DNA of 64,000 nucleotides from Candidatus Cloacimonadales bacterium. Its GTDB lineage: Bacteria > Cloacimonadota > Cloacimonadia > Cloacimonadales > JAIOQZ01. Position 1 is the stretch's first letter. Every line of letters starts with the position of its first letter. Below are positions 7,942 through 17,793 of this stretch, in pieces. The notes beneath the pieces were generated by a model. That model was not told the DNA's origin and searched no databases. It worked only from the letters and a program-made list of their open reading frames with translations. The translations under genes and the position numbers were made by a program. The stretch spans positions 2,285,949 through 2,349,948 of the forward strand of contig OY762463.1 of assembly GCA_963665815.1 (NCBI GenBank). Direction: 5' to 3'.

Positions 7942-10467
7942 CTAACTCTCTGTTACAACCTCTTCTGTTTTCTTTCTGATATTAAACCAGTATCCCACAC
8001 CAAGCAGGGCAAGATTAATCAACAAAGCAAACAATGACAGATAATGGGTATGAGTGAAAACAGCCGGAGCAAATTTCAGTTCAACCTTATGGTTTCCGGC
8101 AGGAACAACAATTGACTGAATTGCATGGTTAGTCTTGTAGATTTCGGTTTCCTTGCCGTCAATAAAAGCTTTCCAGCCCGGTTTATAATGAACATCGGAG
8201 AGCACCATCAGAGATGTACTGTCATTCTTTGTATCGTAGTCAATCCTGTTAGGATCAAGATGAGTTACTTTAATGGATGCGTTTGCCGGAATGTTTATTT
8301 CTGCTTGCAGTTCCTGTTCAAGAATCGCACTGTGTAAAACATTGAACTTATCACTATTCAGCAGTTTAAACCTATCTGCTCTCGTTTCTGCAATTGTTAA
8401 ATCACCAACAAACCAGGCTCTACCGGGGGCTTCCAGATTTTCATAGAGGAATTTCTTAGCTATCCTATCCATTTTCACAAACTTAAACTTATCGAATGGA
8501 GCTTGTTGAGGTAATTGAGAATCAGCAATAACGTATTTAGCATTGAGCATATTAGGAATGTTTCTGCTGAACACAGGCACCTGCCCCATCTGACCTATTA
8601 CACCAAAATCACGCACATCCTGATAAATCCGCAGTTTAGCGGGATTGTATCCGCCAATTGACTGATAATAAAATGAATAATCATTTGAGTTCCATATGTT
8701 TCCATTCAGCGGATAGACTCTGAAAGAGCTGAAATCGAGATCTTTATCATGATGATTTATTATATATTTATCTATCTCTGTTTTCTTGAATACTGTGTTC
8801 TTCATCTCTGAATTCAAGGAGATATTTTGATATTCTCCATCAATTTTCCTGAGCAGATAACGGTGCTGAATCTGAATCATATCCACGAAAGAAACAAGGA
8901 TAAGAATTACTGCGAGAAGATACTTATTCTTGAGCATTCCTCTTACAAATGCAATCATAGAAAGTAGTCCTATTATGGAGAACACCAGATATCTTACAGT
9001 ATCAGAAGTAAGCATATCTTTCCTGATCGTTTTGAATATTTTAATATTCTGCTGATCATACTGAGATGCTTCTCTTGCAGTTGAATACTCGAATGCTCCA
9101 GATTGAATAAATGTAAATATTCCGATCAGAACAACTATTGCAGACACAATATAAACTGTTTTTGCGACCTTTTTTCTGTCTTCATGGAAAAGTAGACTCT
9201 GTAAACCGAATCCTGCAAAAAGCAGAATTGAGAAGTTTATCATTACCACAATCATGGCTGGAACCCTGAACTTATTGAATGCCGGAACATAGTTAAAGAA
9301 AAGATTATATAGTGCAGGAAAGTGTCTTCCCATTGAAAGCAGGAACGCAAAAAATGCAAATGTCAGAAAGGATATCACCAGTCTGGATCTGATGTTAAGT
9401 ATAACACCTATCAATGCCAGAATAAATACAATTGCACCCATGTATTCAGATGTCTGAGTGAAAGGCATGTGCCCCCAGTATCCGGGAACAGCTCTGTCCT
9501 TAAGCTGAGGGAGAGAAGGATTACTTACGTCATAGAATTCCTGACTGGTTCCACCGTGATAGCGTGGAATTATCATTCCCATTACTTCTGATGGGTGGAA
9601 TGACCAGCCTGTTGCATAATCAATGCTGACACCTGTTGAATTTTCTTCACCTGTACCTCCACGGATTGAGTATGGAGTATATTCGGATATCAATGCCAGC
9701 ATCTGATAAGAAACTCCAATAATCAATACTGCCGCAATCAGCAGAAAAACCATTGATTTACCACGAAGATTCTTATTTCTGATCAGCTCTGCAATCATAA
9801 CAAAGAACAACATGACTGCTGTATAAAAGATAATCTGATAGTGCTGGGTTCTTATCTGCCAGGTCTGAATCAAAGCAAACAAAGCCATGTTAAACAGATT
9901 AGGATTTCTCATCAGTTTCAAGAACAGATAAAGAATTAACGGCAGCAGCATAATAGGTTTGAATTTCATGAAATGACCAATCTCGAGAAGATTAGCCCAG
10001 TGAATAGTAAACACAAAACTAATTGCACCAAAAAGGCAGACAGCATGTGAGAATTTGAGATATCTGAATAAGAGGATAAAACCGATAGCTCCCATTATAT
10101 AGTAAAGAATAGGTGTATAAAGAATAAATCCCATATAGCTGAACAACAGTTCCAGATGCCAGACAGATTTAATACTGTAATACAATGGCATACCTGAGAA
10201 AACCGTAGGGTTCCACAAAGCTTTTTCATGTGATTGTTTCTGCCATTCCTTGACCAGATTCTGAGCCCCCTGATTTCCTATTACATCAACACCACCCGGA
10301 CGGTAGCCCTGAAAAGCAAGAGGAAAAAATACTATTCCTATCAGCAGTACGACAATTGCAATATTGATAAGAGTAGCATGCTTGAATAATACTTCCTGAA
10401 TAGGCAGCTTTGCTGCTGTCTCATTGTTGTTAACAACTTTTTCCTGTTTTACTTTCTTCTTTGCCAT
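7942..10467 (-). CDS. YfhO-family polytopic membrane protein (GT-C-like glycosyltransferase)
   Basis: 841 aa with more than 12 predicted TM helices. LWNPTVFSGMPLYYS near the N-terminus and a large C-terminal extracytoplasmic domain with a final TM. Last gene of a glycosyltransferase operon. Confidence 0.65.
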   Translation of the reverse strand: MAKKKVKQEKVVNNNETAAKLPIQEVLFKHATLINIAIVVLLIGIVFFPLAFQGYRPGGVDVIGNQGAQNLVKEWQKQSHEKALWNPTVFSGMPLYYSIKSVWHLELLFSYMGFILYTPILYYIMGAIGFILLFRYLKFSHAVCLFGAISFVFTIHWANLLEIGHFMKFKPIMLLPLILYLFLKLMRNPNLFNMALFALIQTWQIRTQHYQIIFYTAVMLFFVMIAELIRNKNLRGKSMVFLLIAAVLIIGVSYQMLALISEYTPYSIRGGTGEENSTGVSIDYATGWSFHPSEVMGMIIPRYHGGTSQEFYDVSNPSLPQLKDRAVPGYWGHMPFTQTSEYMGAIVFILALIGVILNIRSRLVISFLTFAFFAFLLSMGRHFPALYNLFFNYVPAFNKFRVPAMIVVMINFSILLFAGFGLQSLLFHEDRKKVAKTVYIVSAIVVLIGIFTFIQSGAFEYSTAREASQYDQQNIKIFKTIRKDMLTSDTVRYLVFSIIGLLSMIAFVRGMLKNKYLLAVILILVSFVDMIQIQHRYLLRKIDGEYQNISLNSEMKNTVFKKTEIDKYIINHHDKDLDFSSFRVYPLNGNIWNSNDYSFYYQSIGGYNPAKLRIYQDVRDFGVIGQMGQVPVFSRNIPNMLNAKYVIADSQLPQQAPFDKFKFVKMDRIAKKFLYENLEAPGRAWFVGDLTIAETRADRFKLLNSDKFNVLHSAILEQELQAEINIPANASIKVTHLDPNRIDYDTKNDSTSLMVLSDVHYKPGWKAFIDGKETEIYKTNHAIQSIVVPAGNHKVELKFAPAVFTHTHYLSLFALLINLALLGVGYWFNIRKKTEEVVTES

Positions 10468-10478
10468 TATATCCTCTC

Positions 10479-11762
10479 TCAGCAGAGTTTCTCGAATAAT
10501 CCTGCCAGTTTTTGTGTTTGTTTCTTTCTGGAATACTCTTCCGGAATCCTAACGGAAAGGTCAATACCTTTATTTTTTCTGTCAATCATCTCTTTAATAA
10601 AATTTGTTACACCCGAAACATCATTGTAATCAAACATATCTCCTGCTTCTGTATTCTGCAGAATTTCAGAAGCTTCACCATTTACAGGTCCAATTCCCAG
10701 AGTTCTTACTCCTGAACCAAGGTAATCAAAAATTTTACCGGTAATAATACCCTTGTTATCCGGAACATTGTTAATTACAAGCAGTAAAAGATCGGACTCA
10801 CACAGGCTCTTCAGCACTTCATTGTGAGGTACATAAGGCAGTTCTCTGAACATATCCTCCACAGATGCTTCCTCTGTCAGTTTTCTCAGCATTGGACTTA
10901 CATTACCAATGATTCTAACCTGCAAATTGTATCCTTCATCTTTCAGTATTCTTACGGATTTAATAAGCACATGTGGTACTCTGTCTTCGGTCATTGCTCC
11001 GGTGTATGTAATTGTAAAGATATCCCTTTTAGTCTTAGACATTGCAGAAAAATCATCCTCATCAAATCCATTGGGGATAACTGCTGTATCCTTCAGGCGA
11101 GTTTTATCTTTGAAATATTCGATATTAACATCACTGATTGTTGTAACCATATTTGAGTTACGCAATACAGATTTTTCCAGACCTTTATCAATCTTCACTG
11201 TCAGAGGAAACCTTTTAATACTCTGATAATGCACAAACTCAGACCAGGGATCTCGAAAATCCGTCACAATAGGAATTCCACTCAGTTCCGACAGTATTTT
11301 CGCGCCAATCTGTAAAGAATGAGGAGGAGATGTACAGAAAATAACATCCGGTTTTTCCTGCTTAATGATTTTCATCCCATTGTAAATCAAGAACGGAATC
11401 CAACCAACTCTGGCATCAGGAATAAACATGTTGAATCTGACCCAACGAGCCAGTTTCTTTTTAATAGACTCGTTTTCTCTGGCTATCAGTACATTTGTGG
11501 ATATTTTACTGTCTTCCTTCTGTCCGGTAAATTTTTTATATAAATTGAACGGCTCAAGTGTGCGTGTTTTGTATATTTTGCAGTTTTCCGGAATTTCATT
11601 AATCAGAGAATTGTCAACAGCAGAATAATCTCCATCTTTGACTGTAAGTACAATCGGTTTCCATCCGAACTCAGGCAGGTATTTCACAAATTTCAATACT
11701 CTCTGAACTCCGGGACCTCCGGCCGGCGGCCAGTAATATGTTATGAAAAGTGCTTTTCTCAT
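10479..11762 (-). CDS. GT-B fold glycosyltransferase (family 4/1-like)
   Basis: The N-terminus ALFITYYWPPAGGPGVQRVLKFVKYLPEFGWKPIVLT is typical of this subfamily. ATGA start/stop overlap with the upstream GT2 gene. Confidence 0.8.
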   Translation of the reverse strand: MRKALFITYYWPPAGGPGVQRVLKFVKYLPEFGWKPIVLTVKDGDYSAVDNSLINEIPENCKIYKTRTLEPFNLYKKFTGQKEDSKISTNVLIARENESIKKKLARWVRFNMFIPDARVGWIPFLIYNGMKIIKQEKPDVIFCTSPPHSLQIGAKILSELSGIPIVTDFRDPWSEFVHYQSIKRFPLTVKIDKGLEKSVLRNSNMVTTISDVNIEYFKDKTRLKDTAVIPNGFDEDDFSAMSKTKRDIFTITYTGAMTEDRVPHVLIKSVRILKDEGYNLQVRIIGNVSPMLRKLTEEASVEDMFRELPYVPHNEVLKSLCESDLLLLVINNVPDNKGIITGKIFDYLGSGVRTLGIGPVNGEASEILQNTEAGDMFDYNDVSGVTNFIKEMIDRKNKGIDLSVRIPEEYSRKKQTQKLAGLFEKLC

Positions 11763-12757
11763 TTGTAAAAGTTTTTCTTGAAAGCAGAGAATGTAGCTTC
11801 CCCACTTGTTTTATTCTTCCAAAGGGCATCCAGAAATCCGGTTCCATAGCCCCAAAGTTGAGTGAATGATGCAACAATAGATAACCCGGCAACAAGAATG
11901 CTCTTGTTTTTCCTAAATGAGTCTGAAAAAATGATGATCTTGAATAATATCAGTGGAAGAGCAAATTTCTTCTTGAAAAAAGATAGAAAAATAAGAAGAA
12001 AAGATCCAAGTGTAAACACTGAAGGCAGCAAATGTACTATCTTGAGTGAACCTGGATGTTTTACAGAAAGGCTGATTCGCGCCATACCGGAATTGTATAC
12101 CTGCTTGTAGAACTGCCAGAAGTTTGTACGTCGTTTATGGAAAACAAATGCTGCAGCTATCAATTTTGTTTTGAATCCTGATTTGATAATTCTGGTGCTG
12201 AAGTCTACATCTTCTCCGAATCGCATCCTGGCGAATCCACCGGTTTCTTCAAAAACTATTCGGGAAATCCCCATATTGAATGAACGGGGGTAAAATCTGT
12301 CCATTTTCTTCTTTCCACCACGAATTCCTCCTGTTGTGAGGAATGATGTCATGGAATAGTTGATAGCTTTCTGCACAGGTGTAAATGAAGGATGTGCTTT
12401 GTCCGGTCCCCCAAATGCATCTACAGGGTTTTCCATCAGTTCATCTGTGACAATCTGAGTATAATCTTCAGGTATGACACAATCAGAATCGAAAAAGATG
12501 AAGTAATCACCTTTTGCACGTTCTGCACCGTAATTTCTGGACAAACCCGGACCAGAGTTTGATTTAAAGAAGTATTTTATTTTAAGATACGGATTGTATT
12601 TATCAAGCAGGTGATCGCATTTTTGAGAAGATCCATCTTCCACAATCACTACCTCAAAGTTTTTTACTGTCTGAGAAACAAGACTTTCCAGAAGCTCATC
12701 AACTTCTTCAGGCCTGTTGTATACCGGGATTATGTATGATAACTCAGGCGTTTTCAT
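11759..12757 (-). CDS. Family 2 glycosyltransferase with C-terminal TM helices (GtrB/CsbB-like architecture)
   Basis: LSYIIPVYNRPEEV, VVIVEDGS and FFDSDC (DxD) motifs. Two or three hydrophobic helices at the C-terminus. The ATG at 12757 is preferred over the TTG at 12832, which lies inside the upstream gene. Confidence 0.8.
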   Translation of the reverse strand: MKTPELSYIIPVYNRPEEVDELLESLVSQTVKNFEVVIVEDGSSQKCDHLLDKYNPYLKIKYFFKSNSGPGLSRNYGAERAKGDYFIFFDSDCVIPEDYTQIVTDELMENPVDAFGGPDKAHPSFTPVQKAINYSMTSFLTTGGIRGGKKKMDRFYPRSFNMGISRIVFEETGGFARMRFGEDVDFSTRIIKSGFKTKLIAAAFVFHKRRTNFWQFYKQVYNSGMARISLSVKHPGSLKIVHLLPSVFTLGSFLLIFLSFFKKKFALPLILFKIIIFSDSFRKNKSILVAGLSIVASFTQLWGYGTGFLDALWKNKTSGEATFSAFKKNFYK

Positions 12758-13298
12758 TATTTTGTTCAGTTTCCTGCTTTGGCTGTATTTTGTTAACAAC
12801 AATAATATTCTTGAGAATTTCTCCGAATTCAATATTCAGATTTGTCTCCGCAATACTATTCAGTATTTCCAGCATATTCGGGAAAGAAGCTGTGAAGGTC
12901 AGAGATTTTTCTCCACTATCGGTTTTATAGTTTATTGTAATGGATCTGGACTTACCTTTACCAAATTTTAGTTTGATAATATCTTTATAGTTTATTGCAA
13001 CATTAGATTTTGCGATGTAGCAGAAAATCAGTTTATCTGATTCAAACCGGATATTATTAAGAGAATACATATTTTTCAAAAGAGAGTTCAATGCGAAAAA
13101 GATAATGAAGAATGGAGCAAATCTCGAAAATTTTGAAGCGTCCGGTCCTATCATATACATGATGATATACATTCCATATACAATTGCTGCAATAGAAAGC
13201 AGCATAACAAACCATCTTACAAATTGATTAAAACTGTATGTCCTGGGAAATCCCTTCTTCTTATTTATATCAATTAAATCCTTTGTTCCGCTATTCAT
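12744..13298 (-). CDS. Hypothetical membrane protein (2 TM + small soluble domain)
   Basis: ORF translationally coupled to both neighbours (8-nt and 14-nt overlaps). Two hydrophobic helices at aa 28-80. Confidence 0.5.
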   Translation of the reverse strand: MNSGTKDLIDINKKKGFPRTYSFNQFVRWFVMLLSIAAIVYGMYIIMYMIGPDASKFSRFAPFFIIFFALNSLLKNMYSLNNIRFESDKLIFCYIAKSNVAINYKDIIKLKFGKGKSRSITINYKTDSGEKSLTFTASFPNMLEILNSIAETNLNIEFGEILKNIIVVNKIQPKQETEQNNENA

Positions 13299-14121
13299 TG
13301 TTTATTTTCTCCTTAAGCTCATATAGCATCTCAACGCACTCAAATGGTGCTGAAAAACTTCCCAGATTAACTATATCATTAGGTAATCCATGGAAATCTG
13401 TTCCTCCGGTATAAATCAGATTGTATTTCTCTGTAATGCTTTTGTAAAACTTAATACTATAAGGCAAATGCTTTATGTAATAAACCTCTATCCCCATTAT
13501 ACCCATATCTATCAAATCAAGCACTATAAAATCATCATTCAGTAAAATCGGATGAGCCAGAACAGGTATCCCTTTTGATTTTTTAATCATTGCAATTACT
13601 TCTTTAGGTGAAGGAGTCTGCTTGGGAACAAAACCTTTGCATTTATCTCCGATATATTCATCAAAAGCCTGCTGATAATGTGAAACATATTTTTTTTCCA
13701 GTAAGGCTCTGGCAATATGAGGTCGACCAATAATATTTCTATCCCCGGCAATTCTCATAAGCTGATCCATATCAATAGAGAATTTCCAGAGATCATATAG
13801 TTTTTTAATAATTTTCTCAGCTCTGTAAATCCTCTCGTCTTTGATCAGATTGAGCATAGAGATCAATTCTTCGTTCTGCTCGAAATTATAGCCGAGAATA
13901 TGAACATCTCTGCCATTATAAGTCGCACTAATTTCCACTCCCGGAATAATATGCGGATCATCAGGTTCAAGATTGTCATAAAGATCATTATATGCATCAA
14001 TGTTATCATGATCAGTAATGGACAGGTACTTATAGCCTTTTTTCTTGTACATATTCAGAATTGACCTGACATCAAGTGTTCCATCCGAGTTATCCGAGTG
14101 TATATGTAAATCTACTTTCAT
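13291..14121 (-). CDS. PHP-domain metal-dependent phosphoesterase (TrpH/YciV-like)
   Basis: KVDLHIHSDNSDGTL, SITDHDN, LAHP and GGTDFHG motifs. Confidence 0.85.
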   Translation of the reverse strand: MKVDLHIHSDNSDGTLDVRSILNMYKKKGYKYLSITDHDNIDAYNDLYDNLEPDDPHIIPGVEISATYNGRDVHILGYNFEQNEELISMLNLIKDERIYRAEKIIKKLYDLWKFSIDMDQLMRIAGDRNIIGRPHIARALLEKKYVSHYQQAFDEYIGDKCKGFVPKQTPSPKEVIAMIKKSKGIPVLAHPILLNDDFIVLDLIDMGIMGIEVYYIKHLPYSIKFYKSITEKYNLIYTGGTDFHGLPNDIVNLGSFSAPFECVEMLYELKEKINNE

Positions 14122-14221
14122 GTTTATCCTATGTTAAAAATTAATATATCAGTAAACAAAAAAGTTGAAATAAGGTCAAGAATTTTGTTGATACCGTATA
14201 TACAAAGCTATCTAAAAGTTA

Positions 14222-14737
14222 CTATTTTTTGATTTTTTCGATACTGTTAATTGACTTCTCTATTATTGGAGCAAACTCTTTCATGTAAGAGCTTTTCATA
14301 TAGAAATCTATTCTATAAACAGCATCCAGTTTAAGATATACGTGTATCATCGGCTTGGGGTGAGATCCTATTATATACTGCTTTATGGGGATATCATTTA
14401 TTTCTCTTGCCCTGTAGAGAAGTTTCAATCCTTTGAATTCTCCTTTCTGCTTAAGCTGATAGATTTTTTCAATATTCTCCCATTTCACTTTGTTGATTTT
14501 TGTCAGCATTACAGTAAAATCAGAATCATCTTTTCTTGTATATACAGAAATTAGCTGAGTTCTGTTGAGACTATCCTGAACAGCAACATAAATACCCATC
14601 TGCTGTAGATTTTTACCAAGTATTCTCACCATGGAATCCGGAACTGTATATGAAAATGTTCCTTCAATATCTATTTTTTCTGCACATGCGATTGCAGAGA
14701 TAACCATTATTATCAATATCAACATTAATCTTTTCAT
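14222..14737 (-). CDS. Hypothetical secreted protein
   Basis: GGAGAAAAAAA-ATG start context. Signal peptide MKRLMLILIIMVISAIACA. No recognisable domain. Confidence 0.5.
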   Translation of the reverse strand: MKRLMLILIIMVISAIACAEKIDIEGTFSYTVPDSMVRILGKNLQQMGIYVAVQDSLNRTQLISVYTRKDDSDFTVMLTKINKVKWENIEKIYQLKQKGEFKGLKLLYRAREINDIPIKQYIIGSHPKPMIHVYLKLDAVYRIDFYMKSSYMKEFAPIIEKSINSIEKIKK

Positions 14738-14900
14738 TTTTTTTCTCCATTACTGAACTATGTGGCGAAGTTGGGTTTATATGTCAAGGATAAGGTTCAC
14801 GATTGTTTCATCCAATCAAATATCCTTATCATTACACTATTTTATTGACATTTTTCCTTATTATAGCAATTATCCGGATATAAAAATATAGAGGGGTGAT

Positions 14901-15845
14901 ATGAGACTCAAATTTTTACTAATTATTCTTATCGGTATTTTGTTTTGGGGATGTAACAACAGTAATAATGTTACCGTTCTTAATCCGGTTGACTCCCTTG
15001 GCTGGCAGGAAAGTGAAGAATTCTATTTTACGCTTGTTAATTCAATATGTTCCAGTGGAGACTTACTCATTGTTAATGATGCTATGGATAGATCTATTAA
15101 TGTATTTGATAAAAACACACTGGAGTTCAAATATAAATTTGGTGAAGAAGGCAATGGCCCTGGTGAGTTCTATACGATTTTTTATATTGCTGCTGACAAT
15201 GAACATATTTATACTGCGGATTTACCAATGTCCCGATTAAGTATGTTCTCGTTGACAGGAGACTATATTAACTCCTTCAAAGCAGATAATATCTATCACA
15301 TGGCTGCATCAAACAATTATGTCTATGGAACAGCAACACCATTTCTCGATAATGCAGAAGTATATAGAATTCAGGCAGATTCCGTTATGAATATTTTTGA
15401 CGTACATAAATGGGCTGCAAAGAAATATGGAGTAACTTATGAAGAAAAAAATAAGTTGAACAAATGGTACAACATTGAAACTTTAGGAGATAACCTTCTC
15501 ATCTCATTGAGATTACTACCCCATAAGGTTTTGATAGATAACAACGGAAAGATCCTCTATGATGAATACGAGAAACCTGTTATCACAGAAAACGTCGACA
15601 TGATCTGGTATGGACAGATTAAGGAATACAAACAAGGATTTATTCAACCTGCTTCGTTAATAGAGAATAATAAGATATTCAAAGTCAATCTGTATTATTA
15701 CAAAGATAACAAGATTGTAAAAGCATGGGAAATGAACACCGGCAGCAAACAATTTATCCATGAGTATAATTGGCTTCTTGATGAAGATAATATCTGGATG
15801 TTTGATATTAATAAACCCGTTCTTTACAAGTATTCATTGAAATAA
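14901..15845 (+). CDS. Lipoprotein, probable 6-bladed beta-propeller family (paralog 1)
   Basis: Lipobox ILFWGC. GNGPGEF motif as in Bacteroides-type 6-bladed beta-propeller lipoproteins. 314 aa, collinear with the next gene. Confidence 0.55.
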   Translation: MRLKFLLIILIGILFWGCNNSNNVTVLNPVDSLGWQESEEFYFTLVNSICSSGDLLIVNDAMDRSINVFDKNTLEFKYKFGEEGNGPGEFYTIFYIAADNEHIYTADLPMSRLSMFSLTGDYINSFKADNIYHMAASNNYVYGTATPFLDNAEVYRIQADSVMNIFDVHKWAAKKYGVTYEEKNKLNKWYNIETLGDNLLISLRLLPHKVLIDNNGKILYDEYEKPVITENVDMIWYGQIKEYKQGFIQPASLIENNKIFKVNLYYYKDNKIVKAWEMNTGSKQFIHEYNWLLDEDNIWMFDINKPVLYKYSLK

Positions 15846-15882
15846 CTCAGAGATCGAAAAGAATTAAAAAGGATGAAGCATT

Positions 15883-16827
15883 TTGAAACACATTTATTCA
15901 CTAATTATTCTTACAGGTATTTTGCTTTGGGGATGTAACAACAGCGGTAAAACCAAAGTTCTCAATCCTGTTGATTCTCTCGGCTGGCAGGAAAGTGAAG
16001 AATATTACTTCCAACAGGCTAACGTAATAAAAAGCTATAACAACACATTATACATTGGAAACAATGCCTCCGGAGAGATATTTGCATTTGATTCTGCCAG
16101 TAAACTATTTAAATTCAAGTTTGGTAAAAACGGCAAAGGTCCGGGTGAATTCACAAACATAACTGATATAGAAGTGTTTAAAGATAAGATTTTTACAGCA
16201 GATTTCAGAGGTTCCAGAATTTCCGTATTCTCACTCGAAGGTGATTTTGTGAGACAATTCAAATCTGACCTTGCTTTCTTCCTCGAAAGTACAGATAAAA
16301 CCATATTTGGTTCCAGATTTCCCGTTGCACCCGATTCAAAGCTGTTTAGTATTGATGGAGATTCCCTGAAGCACATATTTGATGCACATGAATGGGCAGC
16401 TGAAAACTACGGATTGAAATACGAAGACAAAAACGTACTGAACAGATGGTATAATTTCAATACAATTGATGATAATCTTCTTATTGCCATGAGATTTGCT
16501 CCTTATATGGTACTTGTTAATGAATCAGGAAATATTCTTGATCAGAATTATGAAGATCCACCTGTTAAGCATGATGCCGATATGATGGTCTATGGAAAAC
16601 CGCAACAGTATGAAGAAGGCTTCATTCTACCTGTCAGTTATTTCTGGAATAAAGATGACGAAAAAAGCTATTTGTACTACTATAAGAACAACAAAATAGT
16701 ACGAGAATGGTATCTTGATCTAAATAGTCAAAGAGCTATGCTTTTCTATAACTGGGATCTTACCGATAACGTTGCCTGGATTCCTATGCTGGAAGGAGAC
16801 AGGCTTTATAAGTTCGTGATTGAGTAG
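15883..16827 (+). CDS. Lipoprotein, probable 6-bladed beta-propeller family (paralog 2)
   Basis: TTG start. Lipobox ILLWGC. Shared VLNPVDSLGWQESEE and GKGPGEF motifs. Same 314-aa length as paralog 1. Confidence 0.55.
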   Translation: MKHIYSLIILTGILLWGCNNSGKTKVLNPVDSLGWQESEEYYFQQANVIKSYNNTLYIGNNASGEIFAFDSASKLFKFKFGKNGKGPGEFTNITDIEVFKDKIFTADFRGSRISVFSLEGDFVRQFKSDLAFFLESTDKTIFGSRFPVAPDSKLFSIDGDSLKHIFDAHEWAAENYGLKYEDKNVLNRWYNFNTIDDNLLIAMRFAPYMVLVNESGNILDQNYEDPPVKHDADMMVYGKPQQYEEGFILPVSYFWNKDDEKSYLYYYKNNKIVREWYLDLNSQRAMLFYNWDLTDNVAWIPMLEGDRLYKFVIE

Positions 16828-16853
16828 TAAAATGGCAAAAATAATTGCTATAT

Positions 16854-16887
16854 AAAAAAAGCACCTGCTGATGCAGATGCTTTGTAT
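16854..16887. terminator. Possible bidirectional terminator
   Basis: A7, then hairpin GCACCTGC-TGAT-GCAGATGC (one mismatch), then a T-rich tail. Lies between the convergent lipoprotein gene and the tRNA pair. Confidence 0.45.
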
Positions 16888-16894
16888 ATTAAAG

Positions 16895-16969
16895 TGGCAA
16901 TCCCTAGGGGAGTCGAACCCCTGTTGCAGGAATGAAAATCCTGAGTCCTAACCACTAGACGAAGGGATC
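16895..16969 (-). tRNA. tRNA-Glu (anticodon UUC), CCA encoded
   Basis: The reverse complement GATCCCTTCGTCTAGTGGTTAGGACTCAGGATTTTCATTCCTGCAACAGGGGTTCGACTCCCCTAGGGATTGCCA folds as a cloverleaf. Anticodon loop is TTTTCAT. Confidence 0.9.
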
Positions 16970-16990
16970 GTCAAATTTTAAAGATCAAAA

Positions 16991-17065
16991 TGGTGAGCCT
17001 GGATGGATTCGAACCATCGACTCTCTGCTTAAAAGGCAGATACTCTACCACTGAGTTACAAGCCC
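16991..17065 (-). tRNA. tRNA-Lys (anticodon UUU), CCA encoded
   Basis: The reverse complement GGGCTTGTAACTCAGTGGTAGAGTATCTGCCTTTTAAGCAGAGAGTCGATGGTTCGAATCCATCCAGGCTCACCA folds as a cloverleaf. Anticodon loop is CTTTTAA. Confidence 0.9.
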
Positions 17066-17084
17066 ATATCGATTTACGTGTGTC

Positions 17085-17113
17085 AACTTATGAAAGGCGT
17101 TTTTTGCTGTCAA
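17085..17113 (-). promoter_or_regulatory. Putative promoter of the tRNA-Lys/tRNA-Glu unit
   Basis: On the minus strand: TTGACA (17113-17108), 17-nt spacer, TAAGTT (17090-17085). It ends about 20 nt before the tRNA-Lys 5' end. Confidence 0.4.
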
Positions 17114-17143
17114 GAATAAATTTTGAAAAAAATAAAATTCACC

Positions 17144-17785
17144 CTAAATCTGCGATAAAGCCCCTACAAATGGGTTCTGAATCTTCTCATCACCAATTGT
17201 AGTTTCATCTCCATGACCAGGTAAAACCTTTGTGTCATCATCCAGTTGCCACAACTTTTCTTTGATTGATTCAATGATCTTTTCCATGGAACCGTCCGGA
17301 AAATCCGTTCGACCAATACTGTTTTCAAATATAGTATCACCTGAAAACAGCAGATTGTCAACTAAAAAACATACAGATCCGGAAGTATGTCCCGGAGTAT
17401 GTATTACCATTATATTACTACCACCAATATTGATGATATCTCCATCATTCAGTATTCTGTCTGCAGGATCAAATTTTATCTCATTATCCATAAAACTGCT
17501 TAAGTTTTTTTCAGGATTTATCAGCTTCTCCGCATCATGCTTATGAATGGCAACACTGGCATTGGTCTTTTCTTTGAAAAAATCCAATCCACCAATATGA
17601 TCCCCATGACCATGAGTCAGAAGAATATGACTGATTTCAATTTCTTCCTTTTTGAGGAAATTTACAACTTTATCCGATGCATCTGCCGGATCAACCAGCA
17701 CACCGCAACTGCAGTCCTTATCATAAATAACATAAGTATTTGTGCCAAAAGACGGCAGAAGATTAAAAACTTTATACTTTACCAT
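17144..17785 (-). CDS. MBL-fold metallo-hydrolase (glyoxalase II-like)
   Basis: LLTHGHGDHIGG, HTPGHTSGS and LPGHG motifs. Confidence 0.85.
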   Translation of the reverse strand: MVKYKVFNLLPSFGTNTYVIYDKDCSCGVLVDPADASDKVVNFLKKEEIEISHILLTHGHGDHIGGLDFFKEKTNASVAIHKHDAEKLINPEKNLSSFMDNEIKFDPADRILNDGDIINIGGSNIMVIHTPGHTSGSVCFLVDNLLFSGDTIFENSIGRTDFPDGSMEKIIESIKEKLWQLDDDTKVLPGHGDETTIGDEKIQNPFVGALSQI

Positions 17786-17793
17786 TGCTTCCC

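Noticed and set aside
7727-7979. Two overlapping 61-72-aa ORFs in the 370-bp spacer between the FNR fusion gene and yfhO.
   Set aside because: They have no RBS and no motif, they overlap each other in different frames, and one runs into the yfhO 3' end. This is probably a promoter/leader region for the minus-strand gene.
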